Translations under genes and position numbers: made by a program
Notes under the pieces: generated by a model
What the model was told of the DNA's origin: nothing
What the model saw: the letters and a program-made list of their open reading frames with translations, nothing else
Database searches by the model: none
Virus record (IMG/VR): IMGVR_UViG_3300027541_000721
Span: 1 to 64,000 of that record
Source: an uncultured virus (IMG/VR IMGVR_UViG_3300027541_000721)
Taxonomy: Duplodnaviria > Heunggongvirae > Uroviricota > Caudoviricetes
Reading direction: 5' to 3' (one strand)
DNA: 64,000 nt
Shown here: one piece after another, positions 45,907 through 56,092 of the stretch
How positions within the stretch are numbered: position 1 is the first letter of the stretch
Layout of the letters: each line of letters begins with the position of its first letter

Positions 45907-48413
45907 ACGCAGTCAACAACCGTAAGTATTCCAACTTGATTAATAATAACTCTTGGGAGAATTGATAGTTGAGGCAGATATTCCAGAACTGGATATAAAT
46001 CTGCACCTTCACCATTTTGACTATTTATAATCGCATTAGGAAGTGCATCAAAAATATTAGCACAAGTAATAGATTGAATTCCAACAATAGATCCATTAGG
46101 AGTAACAATAGGGGTAAATGTACAAAGACCTACTTGAATGACATCCCCTGTCGAATATCCAATTCCAGGATTTTCTACGACAATTGATGTTATAATTCCA
46201 ACAATATCAGTTCCAACTCCAGGTCCAGGTGGTATGACATTATCAAATATTTCTTTTGGAAATGTTCCAACTCCAGTTGAAACTGGAGTTCCAGGTGGAG
46301 TTTGAATAGGATCGTCCGGAATTGGAGTAAGTATTGGAGATAGTCTATTTGATATGTTTACTATGGTCCTTGCTACAATAACACCAGAGGTATCTTGTAA
46401 ATCAAAGAACATCTGTTCTACAGATTCTTGTATACTATCTTGACGTATTTTAACTTTAACTTGTGCAGTATTTGATTTTATTGTCACACTTCCATTCATA
46501 CTTCCTTCTATATCATTAGAAGTAATATCTCCACCCAACATATAAGATAAAGATGTATTATCTTTAACATTTTGAGTAAAAATAGTATAAGTTACAGTTT
46601 CACCTTCAAAAAAAGTATATCTATCTGCAGTAACCAAATATGAAGGAATATCAAACTCTGAACTTAAATCTGGTGGACAATATCCTGTTCCAGATCGAGT
46701 TAGATATATTTGCGTAATTCTTCCTCTAGAAATAGATGCAGATGCTTTTGCACCAGAACCGTGATTTGTTTTATCTACTATTGAAATTCTAGGTGGTTTA
46801 CTGTATCCAAATCCAGAATTAATAATTTTTACAGAAATTATGCTTCCATCTTTTGAAACAATTGGAACTGCCTTTGCCCCAGATCCATCTCCAAATATTT
46901 CTATCTTAGGTGGAACACAATATGGATATACTTTTCCTGTATCAGTCAAATCATCTTGACCCTTTGGAGTTTTTACTTTTTTGGTACAATCTCTAAATAC
47001 AGAACCTTCATATCCATATAATGATAAAGAACCTAATGCATTATCAATATTATCATTTACACCTTTGAGGACATTCATATTCCCCAAAACATTATTCCAA
47101 TTATCAATCCCTGCTCGTTTAGGTCCAAACTTTAATGACCATTCAGATGGGGTTTTACATTTTAAACTATCACAACCAATAAAATTAAGAATTTGATTTG
47201 CAATTGAAGATACTTGAGATAAAATTCCTTTAATTTGAGATAATCCACCAAGTAACCAATCAAGTCCAGACATTACTGGTTCTAAAAGTTCTTCAATTTT
47301 ATCCATTAATTTAGAAAGAATTGCTGAAGTAAATTGTTCAGCAGCACAAAGTGGTGCATTGATAGCTCTACCTACCAATCCCTTAAGCATATCTAAAAGA
47401 AAATCTAAAAGCAAATCTATAAGTTTCTCAAAGATACAAAATATAATATTCATTATATTTTTAGTTGCTTCTGCAACTGGAGTATGTTGAGGTAAGGGTA
47501 AAACTAATGCAATAAATTTTCCAAACAAATCACCTACCAATTTCATTATGGTAGATCTAAAATTATTAATAATAAATTTAATTACTCCTGTAATTATTCT
47601 TGCAGTTCTTTTAATTTCATTAGTAATATCAATTATTGTATTTAAAACTGGATCTACATAAGCATCAATATATCCTTCCAATCCATTAACTATTGTAATA
47701 AAATCTTGAATTGCCCTTGTAATCTTTCCAATTATATTATTATCACAACCATTTTCTTTTGTAATGGTAATACTACCTACTTCTTTTTGAATTATATCAA
47801 GTTGTTTATCAACATAAAATATTTTATCCTTACCAGAGTTCCTATCCGAACCTAGATCTACAGAAATTGGATTTTCAATTTTACCACCAATAATAGTGGG
47901 AGGAGATTCTTCTTCTTTAGCATCTCCCTGTTTAGGGTCAACAGTTGGTTGTATTTTTGTCTGGCCTTGTGCAACTGTTGATCCTAATGTGGTATCATTT
48001 CCTTCAAATGGTTGAAATGCTATATCAGATTCAGGAAATGATTTTACATTTTTATCTCTATGAATTACTCCAATTACTACTGGTTGTTGGGAATCATCAC
48101 CATCTAGGAAAAATCCAAAAACAGTTTCTCCTCCAACTAATTTATGACTTTTACCTAATCCACCTTGAGCACTACCATCAGTAGCACCAAGCATTATTTG
48201 TGCCCAAGGTAGATCTTTATCTGGAAGTTCTTTTTTATTATAGGTATGATATCCAATTATTCTAACCTTACATCGATATGCCCAAGATCCACCAGTAACT
48301 ATATCAACCTTTTCTGGTATATCCCATACCTTTGCAGGAGCAACCTGACCTATCCACCAAATAAAACCATCTTTTCCAAGATAGTTACTTTTTAATAAAG
48401 CATCATCAATCAT
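45903..48413 (-). CDS. gp5: Baseplate hub/needle protein gp5 (OB-fold N-terminus, no lysozyme domain recognised)
   Basis: GKDGF.WWIGQV...R.KVRI.GYH.....LPD.DLPWA...GE.V.GFFLDG...QQPV..G. Confidence 0.85.
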   Translation of the reverse strand: MIDDALLKSNYLGKDGFIWWIGQVAPAKVWDIPEKVDIVTGGSWAYRCKVRIIGYHTYNKKELPDKDLPWAQIMLGATDGSAQGGLGKSHKLVGGETVFGFFLDGDDSQQPVVIGVIHRDKNVKSFPESDIAFQPFEGNDTTLGSTVAQGQTKIQPTVDPKQGDAKEEESPPTIIGGKIENPISVDLGSDRNSGKDKIFYVDKQLDIIQKEVGSITITKENGCDNNIIGKITRAIQDFITIVNGLEGYIDAYVDPVLNTIIDITNEIKRTARIITGVIKFIINNFRSTIMKLVGDLFGKFIALVLPLPQHTPVAEATKNIMNIIFCIFEKLIDLLLDFLLDMLKGLVGRAINAPLCAAEQFTSAILSKLMDKIEELLEPVMSGLDWLLGGLSQIKGILSQVSSIANQILNFIGCDSLKCKTPSEWSLKFGPKRAGIDNWNNVLGNMNVLKGVNDNIDNALGSLSLYGYEGSVFRDCTKKVKTPKGQDDLTDTGKVYPYCVPPKIEIFGDGSGAKAVPIVSKDGSIISVKIINSGFGYSKPPRISIVDKTNHGSGAKASASISRGRITQIYLTRSGTGYCPPDLSSEFDIPSYLVTADRYTFFEGETVTYTIFTQNVKDNTSLSYMLGGDITSNDIEGSMNGSVTIKSNTAQVKVKIRQDSIQESVEQMFFDLQDTSGVIVARTIVNISNRLSPILTPIPDDPIQTPPGTPVSTGVGTFPKEIFDNVIPPGPGVGTDIVGIITSIVVENPGIGYSTGDVIQVGLCTFTPIVTPNGSIVGIQSITCANIFDALPNAIINSQNGEGADLYPVLEYLPQLSILPRVIINQVGILTVVDCV

Positions 48414-48618
48414 CGTAAATTCTACATTCTAATGAATTTGGATTTTCGTCGCAGTATAATTCCAGTGGAGTTGGATCATGATCATCTTCTGGATGACGTT
48501 CACGATATCTTTCCAATGATTCCAATTCTTCTTCAGTATGACGACGTGACTGAGAAGAAATCATAGGATCATCAAGTATTTTTTTGTCGTTTTCAATGTG
48601 TTGATGGATGTTTTCCAT
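48406..48618 (-). CDS. cp12: CP12 Calvin-cycle inhibitor (phage auxiliary metabolic gene)
   Basis: C-terminal DPTPLELYCDENPNSLECRIYDD with the CP12 Cys pair; start MENIHQHI chosen (70 aa). Confidence 0.85.
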   Translation of the reverse strand: MENIHQHIENDKKILDDPMISSQSRRHTEEELESLERYRERHPEDDHDPTPLELYCDENPNSLECRIYDD

Positions 48619-48619
48619 T

Positions 48620-49966
48620 TTAGTACTGTACGTTAGTTGAACTATAGAGACCATAACTGTCTCTTATTAATCTTAAACTAGTAATCATCTGTCCAGGTTC
48701 CATATGATGTCTCAATTCTTTAATTAAATAATTTCCACTTTGTTGAGGATCTGCCTCTTTTTTATCACTTCTATCAATCTTAGGAAATTCTGCATAAATG
48801 ATATCACCAGCTTTCAAAGTCACATTACAAGGAACTACCATATTTAGTGCTTGAGTAAACAAAAGATTGTAACGAGAAAATGATTTTGCCATATCTGCTT
48901 CATCCCTCATATTTGTTTTATCATCAATCTTCGAATCCCCTTCTATAGTATTATCCATAACTCCAATATCAGAGGTTCTTACCATTATTCTCGATACAGA
49001 TTCTCCAAATTCTTCAGATACTGCTATTGATGCATCTCCACTGAGAACATTGGCATTTCTTATTTCATCCTTTAACGTATATTTGTAAATATTTAATTTA
49101 TTTTTATAAAGATCATAAAAATATGTTTTACTAGAATACATACCTACTCTTAAATTTGTTAAAAGATTATTATTTTTTTCAAAACTATAATTTAATATTT
49201 TGTAATTATTTACTGGTTTGTTATGCTCAGTAACTTGAGTATAATAATATTTTTGAATATTTTCAGAATTAGAACTACCAGATTGAACTCTGGTATTTTT
49301 TACAAGACTGTCAATACTTCTAAAATTAAATCCATCTTTATTCTCATAAAATAAAAATCCTGCTATACCTTTACCTTCACTTGCAACTCCACTACCAGAT
49401 ACTCCTGTCGTTTTAGATGTAGTTGGTATAGATTTAGGACCTAACCAAGTTAAGATATGAAATGGTTTTTTCTGATTTCCAATAAAAGCATAACTATTCA
49501 AAGTTTTTTCTATATTCTCTGCTTTATATTTTTTAGTTTTTAAAATATCTTTTAAAATTGAAGTGACCGATTGGTCAATTGTTCCTCCATATCTTTTTAC
49601 ACATCTTACTGTCTCATTGGTAAGTGCTTCCCGAGAAACTAGATTCAGAGTAAACATTTCACTGGTACTATCTGGACTTATTCCACTAACTTTATACACA
49701 TACAGTGAATTTTCCCCATCAAATTCAAATTTTCCAAATCCAGTATCAACACTTAAAAATACCTTTTCACCACCACGTATTGGAAGTAAATTTACAAGTG
49801 ATGTACTATTCATCACTTGAATTGTCATAGTAATAGATGGTGATAAAATATCTTCAAAATAATCTAAAAACATGATGGAAGATGATCCTGCAAGATCAAC
49901 AGATTTAGATCCATCTAAAGATTGAATAACAAACCCATTCGGTTTTAGTGCGTTTACTGCTGACAT
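48620..49966 (-). CDS. Baseplate hub protein (gp27-like)
   Basis: YFEDILSP.IT...LPIRGGE...L.LVS.E...NE..R...FYE..DGF.F.SID.L...L.AGD.I...SG.YLI..L.H......T.L.L.RDS. Confidence 0.75.
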   Translation of the reverse strand: MSAVNALKPNGFVIQSLDGSKSVDLAGSSSIMFLDYFEDILSPSITMTIQVMNSTSLVNLLPIRGGEKVFLSVDTGFGKFEFDGENSLYVYKVSGISPDSTSEMFTLNLVSREALTNETVRCVKRYGGTIDQSVTSILKDILKTKKYKAENIEKTLNSYAFIGNQKKPFHILTWLGPKSIPTTSKTTGVSGSGVASEGKGIAGFLFYENKDGFNFRSIDSLVKNTRVQSGSSNSENIQKYYYTQVTEHNKPVNNYKILNYSFEKNNNLLTNLRVGMYSSKTYFYDLYKNKLNIYKYTLKDEIRNANVLSGDASIAVSEEFGESVSRIMVRTSDIGVMDNTIEGDSKIDDKTNMRDEADMAKSFSRYNLLFTQALNMVVPCNVTLKAGDIIYAEFPKIDRSDKKEADPQQSGNYLIKELRHHMEPGQMITSLRLIRDSYGLYSSTNVQY

Positions 49967-51678
49967 TATGCGAAAGATAAATTGGTTAAAAGAATTGTCT
50001 TAACTAAACTATTTACCACAGCACCTTCAGATGGTCCAGTGACTACTACCTGATTGCCATTACCTCCACCACCTGAAGGAATAATAATTGGTTTTTGAGA
50101 ACCACCACCCCCACCTCCAGATGCAATAATCATTGGTCTATCAATAATATAAGATTGCCCCTGAGAATAAGAAGGATAATATGCAACCATCTGAGGTTGA
50201 ATATTTTGGGAAATTGAATCTGGTGCAAGTGAAACCATAGATTCATATGCAGAACTAGATTGCATAGATGGAGGTTGAATTTTTGGAGATGTTTCTGCAG
50301 ATTTAATTGCAGATTCTTCATTTCCCGCAAAAGATGTTTTAACTTCACCAAGTTTCATTCCCACATCTGATGCTTTTCTTTCTGTAACTTTAACCGATCC
50401 ACCAAATCTAAAATAAGAAGATGCAACACCTTTGGGATTTACTGGTTTAGTTCCAGGTCCCCCAGGTCTATACTCAAAATGAACATGAGGTCCAGTAGAT
50501 CTTCCAGTGCTACCTTGATTACCAATGACAGTCCCTGGTGATATTCTTTGACCTTTTTTTACATTTACTCTACTTAAATGTCCATAAAAAGTTTCAGAAC
50601 CATTATCATGTTTTACTGCAACCCAATTTCCATATCCTGCTTCAGTACCAACATCTACAACTCCTGCCTGTAGAATGGAAACTGGTGCAGTTGGATTTGG
50701 ATGTGCAAAATCTGCACCATTATGCATTTTACCCCATCTCCACCCATACCCAGATGTAAAATGCTTTGATGGATCATCTCCACCTTCTGCAGTAGTTACT
50801 GCACCAACCTCTTCAGTTGAAGGTTGTTCATCAATATAAGAAGTATCTACCTCTCCAGTTGCATCTTCCATGGGAGGGGCACCATCTTCACCCATTAATG
50901 ATGCACCAAATCCACTCACAAATTTTTCAAATTTTGACACAACACTATCAAATCTCGAAACTACCTGATCAAATCCCGTAGTACTTTGAGCAGATAATTT
51001 TTGCTTTACTTCTTGTTCTTTTATTTTTTGCTCTGTTTTTTCTTTGAGAGATGTACCAGAAGTAAAATCCATTGCTCGATCTGCAGCATATCCACCTAAA
51101 AATCCACCAGCCATACTGCCAAGAACAAAACCTAGACCTGGTACAGGTATCAGTGCCTGACCTATGGCACCACCAAGCATAGACCCCGCAAGAGATCCTC
51201 CTGCCCCTGCTGCAGCCTTCCCTATACCTTCACCCTGTTGAAGTCCAGTGGCAAAGTCCAACCCCGCAAAAACAGCATTAGCAATTCCCAATGCTCGAAT
51301 TCCACCAAGTCTAATTCTACCACCTCTTATCGATGGTTTTCCACCTGGAGTTTTAGATTTAGGAGAACTTCCAACTTTCTCACCACGTCCAGGAAAAAAT
51401 CCTCTTACTAACCCACCAAGATCTAAAGCACCACTTAATAATGATCCCAAAAGGCCACCTGCATTTCCAAATGTATTAACGATATTAATATTTGCTAGTT
51501 GCCTTATTTTTTTCTCATCTGGTAATTTTATTCTTTCAATTTCAAATTTTCTAACTTCTAAGAAGTTCATAAATTGATTAAATTCCCCTTGAGCCTTAGG
51601 AAGTGCTCGATTGGAACGATTTCCAATAGATACAATATTATTTGCTGCAGTTGCTAATGGTGATGATAGTACTGCCAT
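49966..51678 (-). CDS. Tape-measure/hub-associated protein with an M23 peptidase domain
   Basis: Gly/Ala-rich hydrophobic GGAIG..IP.PG.G segment; TSGYG.RWGKMHNGAD...GYGN.V...H.....YGHL...GSTGRSTGPHVHFE. Confidence 0.85.
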   Translation of the reverse strand: MAVLSSPLATAANNIVSIGNRSNRALPKAQGEFNQFMNFLEVRKFEIERIKLPDEKKIRQLANINIVNTFGNAGGLLGSLLSGALDLGGLVRGFFPGRGEKVGSSPKSKTPGGKPSIRGGRIRLGGIRALGIANAVFAGLDFATGLQQGEGIGKAAAGAGGSLAGSMLGGAIGQALIPVPGLGFVLGSMAGGFLGGYAADRAMDFTSGTSLKEKTEQKIKEQEVKQKLSAQSTTGFDQVVSRFDSVVSKFEKFVSGFGASLMGEDGAPPMEDATGEVDTSYIDEQPSTEEVGAVTTAEGGDDPSKHFTSGYGWRWGKMHNGADFAHPNPTAPVSILQAGVVDVGTEAGYGNWVAVKHDNGSETFYGHLSRVNVKKGQRISPGTVIGNQGSTGRSTGPHVHFEYRPGGPGTKPVNPKGVASSYFRFGGSVKVTERKASDVGMKLGEVKTSFAGNEESAIKSAETSPKIQPPSMQSSSAYESMVSLAPDSISQNIQPQMVAYYPSYSQGQSYIIDRPMIIASGGGGGGSQKPIIIPSGGGGNGNQVVVTGPSEGAVVNSLVKTILLTNLSFA

Positions 51679-51679
51679 A

Positions 51680-53623
51680 TTATCCGTCCACTATATTGTA
51701 TACCATTCTAGAATACATGACAAAGAAATTATCAGGATTAGATGTAGGTAAAAATGGAACTTCAGGACCTGCATGTTGCTGGGGTGGTGGGGCAATTACT
51801 TCACCCGTAGATTGGGGTTGCTGCTGTGCTCCCATATTCATAATTTGTGGTGGCAATTGTATCATCTGAGGTGCCTGTTGTGCAGGTTGTGATATATCTT
51901 GCGATCTTGTTTGTGTTGCTTGTGTTTGTGTAGGTGCTGCAGATACTTGAGATTGTTGTGTTGGAGATGTAGCAACTGTTGGTGATTTTAATGATTTTGA
52001 ATAAGATCTTTGAATATCACTCAAAGATTTTACAGATTGTCCATAATAACTTTTACCACTTAAAGTTGGAAATGAAGCCCATACTGGGGCCAACTTATTA
52101 ACAACATTTGCAGATAATCCTTCTTTAGATAATAATTCTGGAGTAACTCCTTTTTCATAAGCTAACCATAAAGCAGCTTCATCTTGTTTTTGTGGAGTGA
52201 ATGGTTCATTTGGTTTCAATACTCCTTTATTGACAAGATCTTGTAAAGTATTAGGCATAAATTGATATCTTCCAGTAGCCCCACTCCATTTATGTTTACT
52301 TCCAGGTTTTCCAAAAGTATTTCCAAGATCAATAACATCTTTGACAGTCAATTTACCTTGTTCTAAATCTTTATTTACTTCACCTCCAGATACTGTTCCA
52401 TAACTTCCTTGAGTTCCTTCAGCAAAAGATATAGCATCTAACATAGCTTTTTGCTCTGGTGTTCCAGACATAGCTCCTGGACCACCAGAACCCGGTGGAG
52501 GTTCCCGACTAGGTGCTGCACCTCCTCCTCCACCACCAGATGTTGTAGAACCCTTTTTTTCACTCTTACTGATTAAATTTTCTACTGCATTTGAAAATCT
52601 ATCTATTATTGCAGATAAACTATCAATCATATTTGAAGGAAGCATTCCAGTAGAAGGAACTGCCTGAGCCTCTGAAAGTTTTCTTTCTTGGAATTCTTTT
52701 GCAGCAAACATTCCCGTAGCACCTAATCCAAGTCCACCTAAACCTATAGCACCCATTCTTAAAAGAGATGATCCCCTTCCCCTACCCACATTTCTTACAG
52801 AAGGTCCTGCAGATTGCTTCAATCTTCCACCGGGAACTCCAACATCAATATTCAATCCACCTGCATTAGGATTTGCTCTAGGTAAATTGGAAAGTTGATT
52901 TACAATTTTTATAATTGTTTGACGAAGTACTTTTGCAATATCAAAACTATTTTGAAATAACTTACGAAGTGCTTTTAAATTATCTTCTACTTTTTTTATA
53001 TTTTTTACGTTACCAAAGAAATTAACAAACCCTATAGCATTTCTATAAAGATCTAAAAACTTTCCTAAAATAGTAGAAGGTTTAGTATCATCTATGCCCT
53101 TTATTTTTTGTTGATAATCTTTTGAAAAATTACTTATAGTATTTGAAAGTACTTGTTGAGATTGTGCCTGAATATTTTGAACTACTTGCTGTATTTGTGT
53201 AACAGGTGTTACTGATTGTACGGGAGTCTTCGAAACATTATCCTGTAAACTAGAAATAGTTTTTGACAAATCTTTTTTAAGATTGTCTATGGTAGATTGA
53301 GTGTTTGAGATATTTTTATATAATTCATCTCTTAGAGAATTTATTTTTTTATCTACATCACTTAATATAAAATTTGTAGTATTTTTTATTGAATTATCTA
53401 CATTATTAACAATATTATTGGAAATACTACTAACCAGATTATTAATATCAGGTCTGACAGGAGATACTGGTTCTCTAGAAAAACCTACAATCTTATTTGC
53501 AGCAGATCCTACCACAGAAGATCCCAGAGGAGCAGTTTCACCAGTAAAAAATTTTTGAAATGCTTCTGGGTTTCTTTTCTGTTGCCCTATTATTTTTTGT
53601 GGACTTAGGACACTACTGACCAT
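51680..53623 (-). CDS. Tape-measure-like (gp29-like) protein with a lambda-type muramidase (GH104-like) domain
   Basis: A.LD.I..AEGT...ATGRYQF...T...F.P..QD.AA...L...WAS.P...SYYGQ..K. Confidence 0.8.
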   Translation of the reverse strand: MVSSVLSPQKIIGQQKRNPEAFQKFFTGETAPLGSSVVGSAANKIVGFSREPVSPVRPDINNLVSSISNNIVNNVDNSIKNTTNFILSDVDKKINSLRDELYKNISNTQSTIDNLKKDLSKTISSLQDNVSKTPVQSVTPVTQIQQVVQNIQAQSQQVLSNTISNFSKDYQQKIKGIDDTKPSTILGKFLDLYRNAIGFVNFFGNVKNIKKVEDNLKALRKLFQNSFDIAKVLRQTIIKIVNQLSNLPRANPNAGGLNIDVGVPGGRLKQSAGPSVRNVGRGRGSSLLRMGAIGLGGLGLGATGMFAAKEFQERKLSEAQAVPSTGMLPSNMIDSLSAIIDRFSNAVENLISKSEKKGSTTSGGGGGGAAPSREPPPGSGGPGAMSGTPEQKAMLDAISFAEGTQGSYGTVSGGEVNKDLEQGKLTVKDVIDLGNTFGKPGSKHKWSGATGRYQFMPNTLQDLVNKGVLKPNEPFTPQKQDEAALWLAYEKGVTPELLSKEGLSANVVNKLAPVWASFPTLSGKSYYGQSVKSLSDIQRSYSKSLKSPTVATSPTQQSQVSAAPTQTQATQTRSQDISQPAQQAPQMIQLPPQIMNMGAQQQPQSTGEVIAPPPQQHAGPEVPFLPTSNPDNFFVMYSRMVYNIVDG

Positions 53624-53795
53624 TTTGCTGCTGTTTTAATTTTTCTTCTTCAATATGCTGCTGTAGTAATGCTAAATAGATTTCCCTCTCATATGGAATC
53701 ATATTTTCCACCTCAGTCAAAGAGTATTTATGATACTGCATGAGTGCAAAATTAATTCGATAATAACTCTCCAACTCCATATACGACATCATCAA
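53613..53795 (-). CDS. gp51: Baseplate hub assembly catalyst gp51
   Basis: LE.YY..NFALMQYHKYSLTE.ENMIP.ER..Y..LL.Q..EEE. Confidence 0.88.
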   Translation of the reverse strand: MMMSYMELESYYRINFALMQYHKYSLTEVENMIPYEREIYLALLQQHIEEEKLKQQQNGQ

Positions 53796-54520
53796 CCGAA
53801 AAAACTTGTCAATCCCTCCAACTTAACAGTATTTTCAACTTTAGTTTTTGGATTAATGACTGTTATAGTATGAGATAAAACAGGCATAGTTTCAAAGAAT
53901 TTTTCAATTTCTTTGAATTGTTGAGTATTCATACTATCAATAAATTCAAAAAGTTCTTTTTTAGTGCAGTCTGATGCACTCCAAGAATCTTCTGAATTGA
54001 AAATAATATCAATACATGAAGCAATAATATCAAATGATTTTTCAATGTTTGAAGAACTTTGCTCTGAAGTAAAATCGAAATTGTTTTTAATGAATTGCTC
54101 TAAAGATGGATACTTCATTCTAAGAACTAGGTTATCATCTAGTTTAATATCTTTAGAATGTTCTGGAGATTTCTCCACCTTTATTTCATCAATGTATATT
54201 GTTACTGGAACTTGAGTTTCTCCATCATCACTACAAGTTATTATTAGATCTAAAGATTCACCTACAGATTTTCCTCTAACATTTAAGAAAATATATTCAA
54301 TGTCAAAGGTAGGAAGTTCTTCTACTTTAATACCTTTAGTAATAATACATTCTTTTAAAATTTGTTTTATAGCATTAGTAATTTGTTTATTATCTCTACT
54401 TTCTAATGCAAGAAGTAATATTTTTTCTTCTTTAACTAAAAATGGTCTATATTTAATTGTTTTTTCAGTTGATGGCAAAATCAACTCAAATATTGGAGTA
54501 CTAATCTTAGGTAATGGCAT
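53792..54520 (-). CDS. gp26: Baseplate hub subunit gp26
   Basis: MPLPKI.TP.FEL.LPST...IKYRPFLVKEEK.LL.A.E...LPTFD.EY.FL..RGKSVGE...LEGL.SFF. Confidence 0.92.
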   Translation of the reverse strand: MPLPKISTPIFELILPSTEKTIKYRPFLVKEEKILLLALESRDNKQITNAIKQILKECIITKGIKVEELPTFDIEYIFLNVRGKSVGESLDLIITCSDDGETQVPVTIYIDEIKVEKSPEHSKDIKLDDNLVLRMKYPSLEQFIKNNFDFTSEQSSSNIEKSFDIIASCIDIIFNSEDSWSASDCTKKELFEFIDSMNTQQFKEIEKFFETMPVLSHTITVINPKTKVENTVKLEGLTSFFG

Positions 54521-54542
54521 ACTTTACAATAATAAGTAATGA

Positions 54543-54550
54543 TATTTATT
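54543..54550 (-). promoter_or_regulatory. Late promoter AATAAATA
   Basis: Intergenic, 22 nt upstream of the gp26 ATG. Confidence 0.65.
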
Positions 54551-54558
54551 TCTTTTAT

Positions 54559-55329
54559 TCAAAGTAAATCGTCAGTTCCTTTATTGTATTCGATAACATA
54601 TCTATTGTAATCGAAAGTAACTGTTGTTTTTGTGATTGTACTTCCTTCATATGTAACTGGAATAGCAGTAATATTTGTAGGGAAAGCTTCAATCATTCTA
54701 TAAGTTAATGATGGAACATTGCCAAGTTGATTAGAAACATTAGTAAGATTTCCTGGATTTTTTAAAAAGTTTCTTTCAAATTTTACTATAGATATAGTTC
54801 TTTTATATGTGTTTGGATATCTAAATCTGAAAAAATCTGTTCTATCTTTTGCATCACCTTGACCACTTCGAGTTCCAGGATAAACACCATTTTTACCATA
54901 AATTGGATTGATATAATTCATCCATTCTTCAAATAATCTCAACATTCTATAGTCTTTATCAACATAAAAAGTCATGGTAAATGGAGCATAAACTCTTCTA
55001 TTTGGAAACCTTTCCAAAACTCCCTGACGACTTCCTATTTCTTCAATGGTATCAAAAGTTGCACCAGGTAATGCAGCATCAGAACAATAAAAATTATAGT
55101 ACTCATTTATTTCTGCATTATCAGTCAATCCAACTTGATTTAAATATTGACTTAAAAAGTCTCCAGCATTTGTCAAGTGTAAAGCAACTTTAAATTGACT
55201 TGTTACCGATAATGCACCAAAAATTTCTAATGCACCTGGAAGATTAACACTACCATCAGTTCTTCCAGTAGTTTGCTTTATGTATAATGGTCCTATATCT
55301 GGTTTACCTTTGCCTTGCTCCTGAGCCAT
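54559..55329 (-). CDS. gp54: Tail tube initiator (gp54/gp19-fold)
   Basis: C..A.LPG.....E......R.Y.....TFYVD..Y.....FE.W...I...Y...I...KFE......AFP..I...P..Y......T.TF.Y. Confidence 0.7.
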   Translation of the reverse strand: MAQEQGKGKPDIGPLYIKQTTGRTDGSVNLPGALEIFGALSVTSQFKVALHLTNAGDFLSQYLNQVGLTDNAEINEYYNFYCSDAALPGATFDTIEEIGSRQGVLERFPNRRVYAPFTMTFYVDKDYRMLRLFEEWMNYINPIYGKNGVYPGTRSGQGDAKDRTDFFRFRYPNTYKRTISIVKFERNFLKNPGNLTNVSNQLGNVPSLTYRMIEAFPTNITAIPVTYEGSTITKTTVTFDYNRYVIEYNKGTDDLL

Positions 55330-55330
55330 C

Positions 55331-55409
55331 TATAAATACAATAAACCTTTTTAGTATTTATGGTGCATAAGGAAGATCGGTCATATTTTTAAAAAGTTAG
55401 ATATAAATA
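55331..55409. promoter_or_regulatory. Divergent late promoter region
   Basis: TATAAATA + (55331-55338), CATAAATA - (55362-55355), second TATAAATA + (55402-55409) just before the endonuclease SD. Confidence 0.75.
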
Positions 55410-55432
55410 TAAGGGAGATCCTACACAACAAT

Positions 55433-56092
55433 ATGTTTGTTTATCAAATAGTCAATAAAATCAATAATAAAAAATATATTGGCATAACATCTAGATCATT
55501 GAATAAAAGATTTAATGAACATAAAAAACAATTAAATTGTGGGATAGCATCAGCACTGGTAAAATACGGAGAAGAAAATTTTTATATAGAAAAACTAGAA
55601 GAATGTAAAAATTGGGAAGACTTGTTGGAAAAAGAAAAATTATGGATTAATAAAATAAATCCAGAATATAATAAAACTTTAGGTGGAGAAGGATTATTAG
55701 GATTTAAACATTCAAAAGAAACTAAAGAAAAAATAAGTTTAAAAAATAAAGGAAAACCTACTCCAGATCCAAATGGTGAAAGATTAAAAGAATATAGAGA
55801 ATTACATGGAAATTTTTGGGTTGGAAAAAAACATACGGAAGAATATAAAAAATTAAAATCTATAGATAGATTAAATTACTATAAAACAGAAAAAGGAATA
55901 AAACAAAAAGAACAAATATCAAAAACTTTAAAAGAAAAAGGAATAAAACCTCCCAATAATACTTTAGGAATAACAAAAGGGACATCCTGGTGGAATAATG
56001 GAAAAATTAATAAAAGATCAGTCGAAAGTCCAGGAGATGATTTTATGCCAGGAAGAATAAAAGGTAAATGGAAATGGAATAAAAAGAAATGA
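55433..56092 (+). CDS. Free-standing GIY-YIG homing endonuclease with NUMOD3 motifs (Seg-like)
   Basis: FVYQIVNKINNKKYIG.T.....R...H...E..WI......YN...GG; HSKETKEKIS and HTEEYK NUMOD3; WWNNG tail; very A-rich. Confidence 0.9.
   Translation: MFVYQIVNKINNKKYIGITSRSLNKRFNEHKKQLNCGIASALVKYGEENFYIEKLEECKNWEDLLEKEKLWINKINPEYNKTLGGEGLLGFKHSKETKEKISLKNKGKPTPDPNGERLKEYRELHGNFWVGKKHTEEYKKLKSIDRLNYYKTEKGIKQKEQISKTLKEKGIKPPNNTLGITKGTSWWNNGKINKRSVESPGDDFMPGRIKGKWKWNKKK

Noticed and set aside
10654..54539. Short plus-strand ORFs antisense to structural genes (for example 29453..29854, 34798..35292, 45010..45390, 51248..51577)
   Set aside because: Entirely nested opposite well-supported genes; explained by the codon bias of the sense strand.
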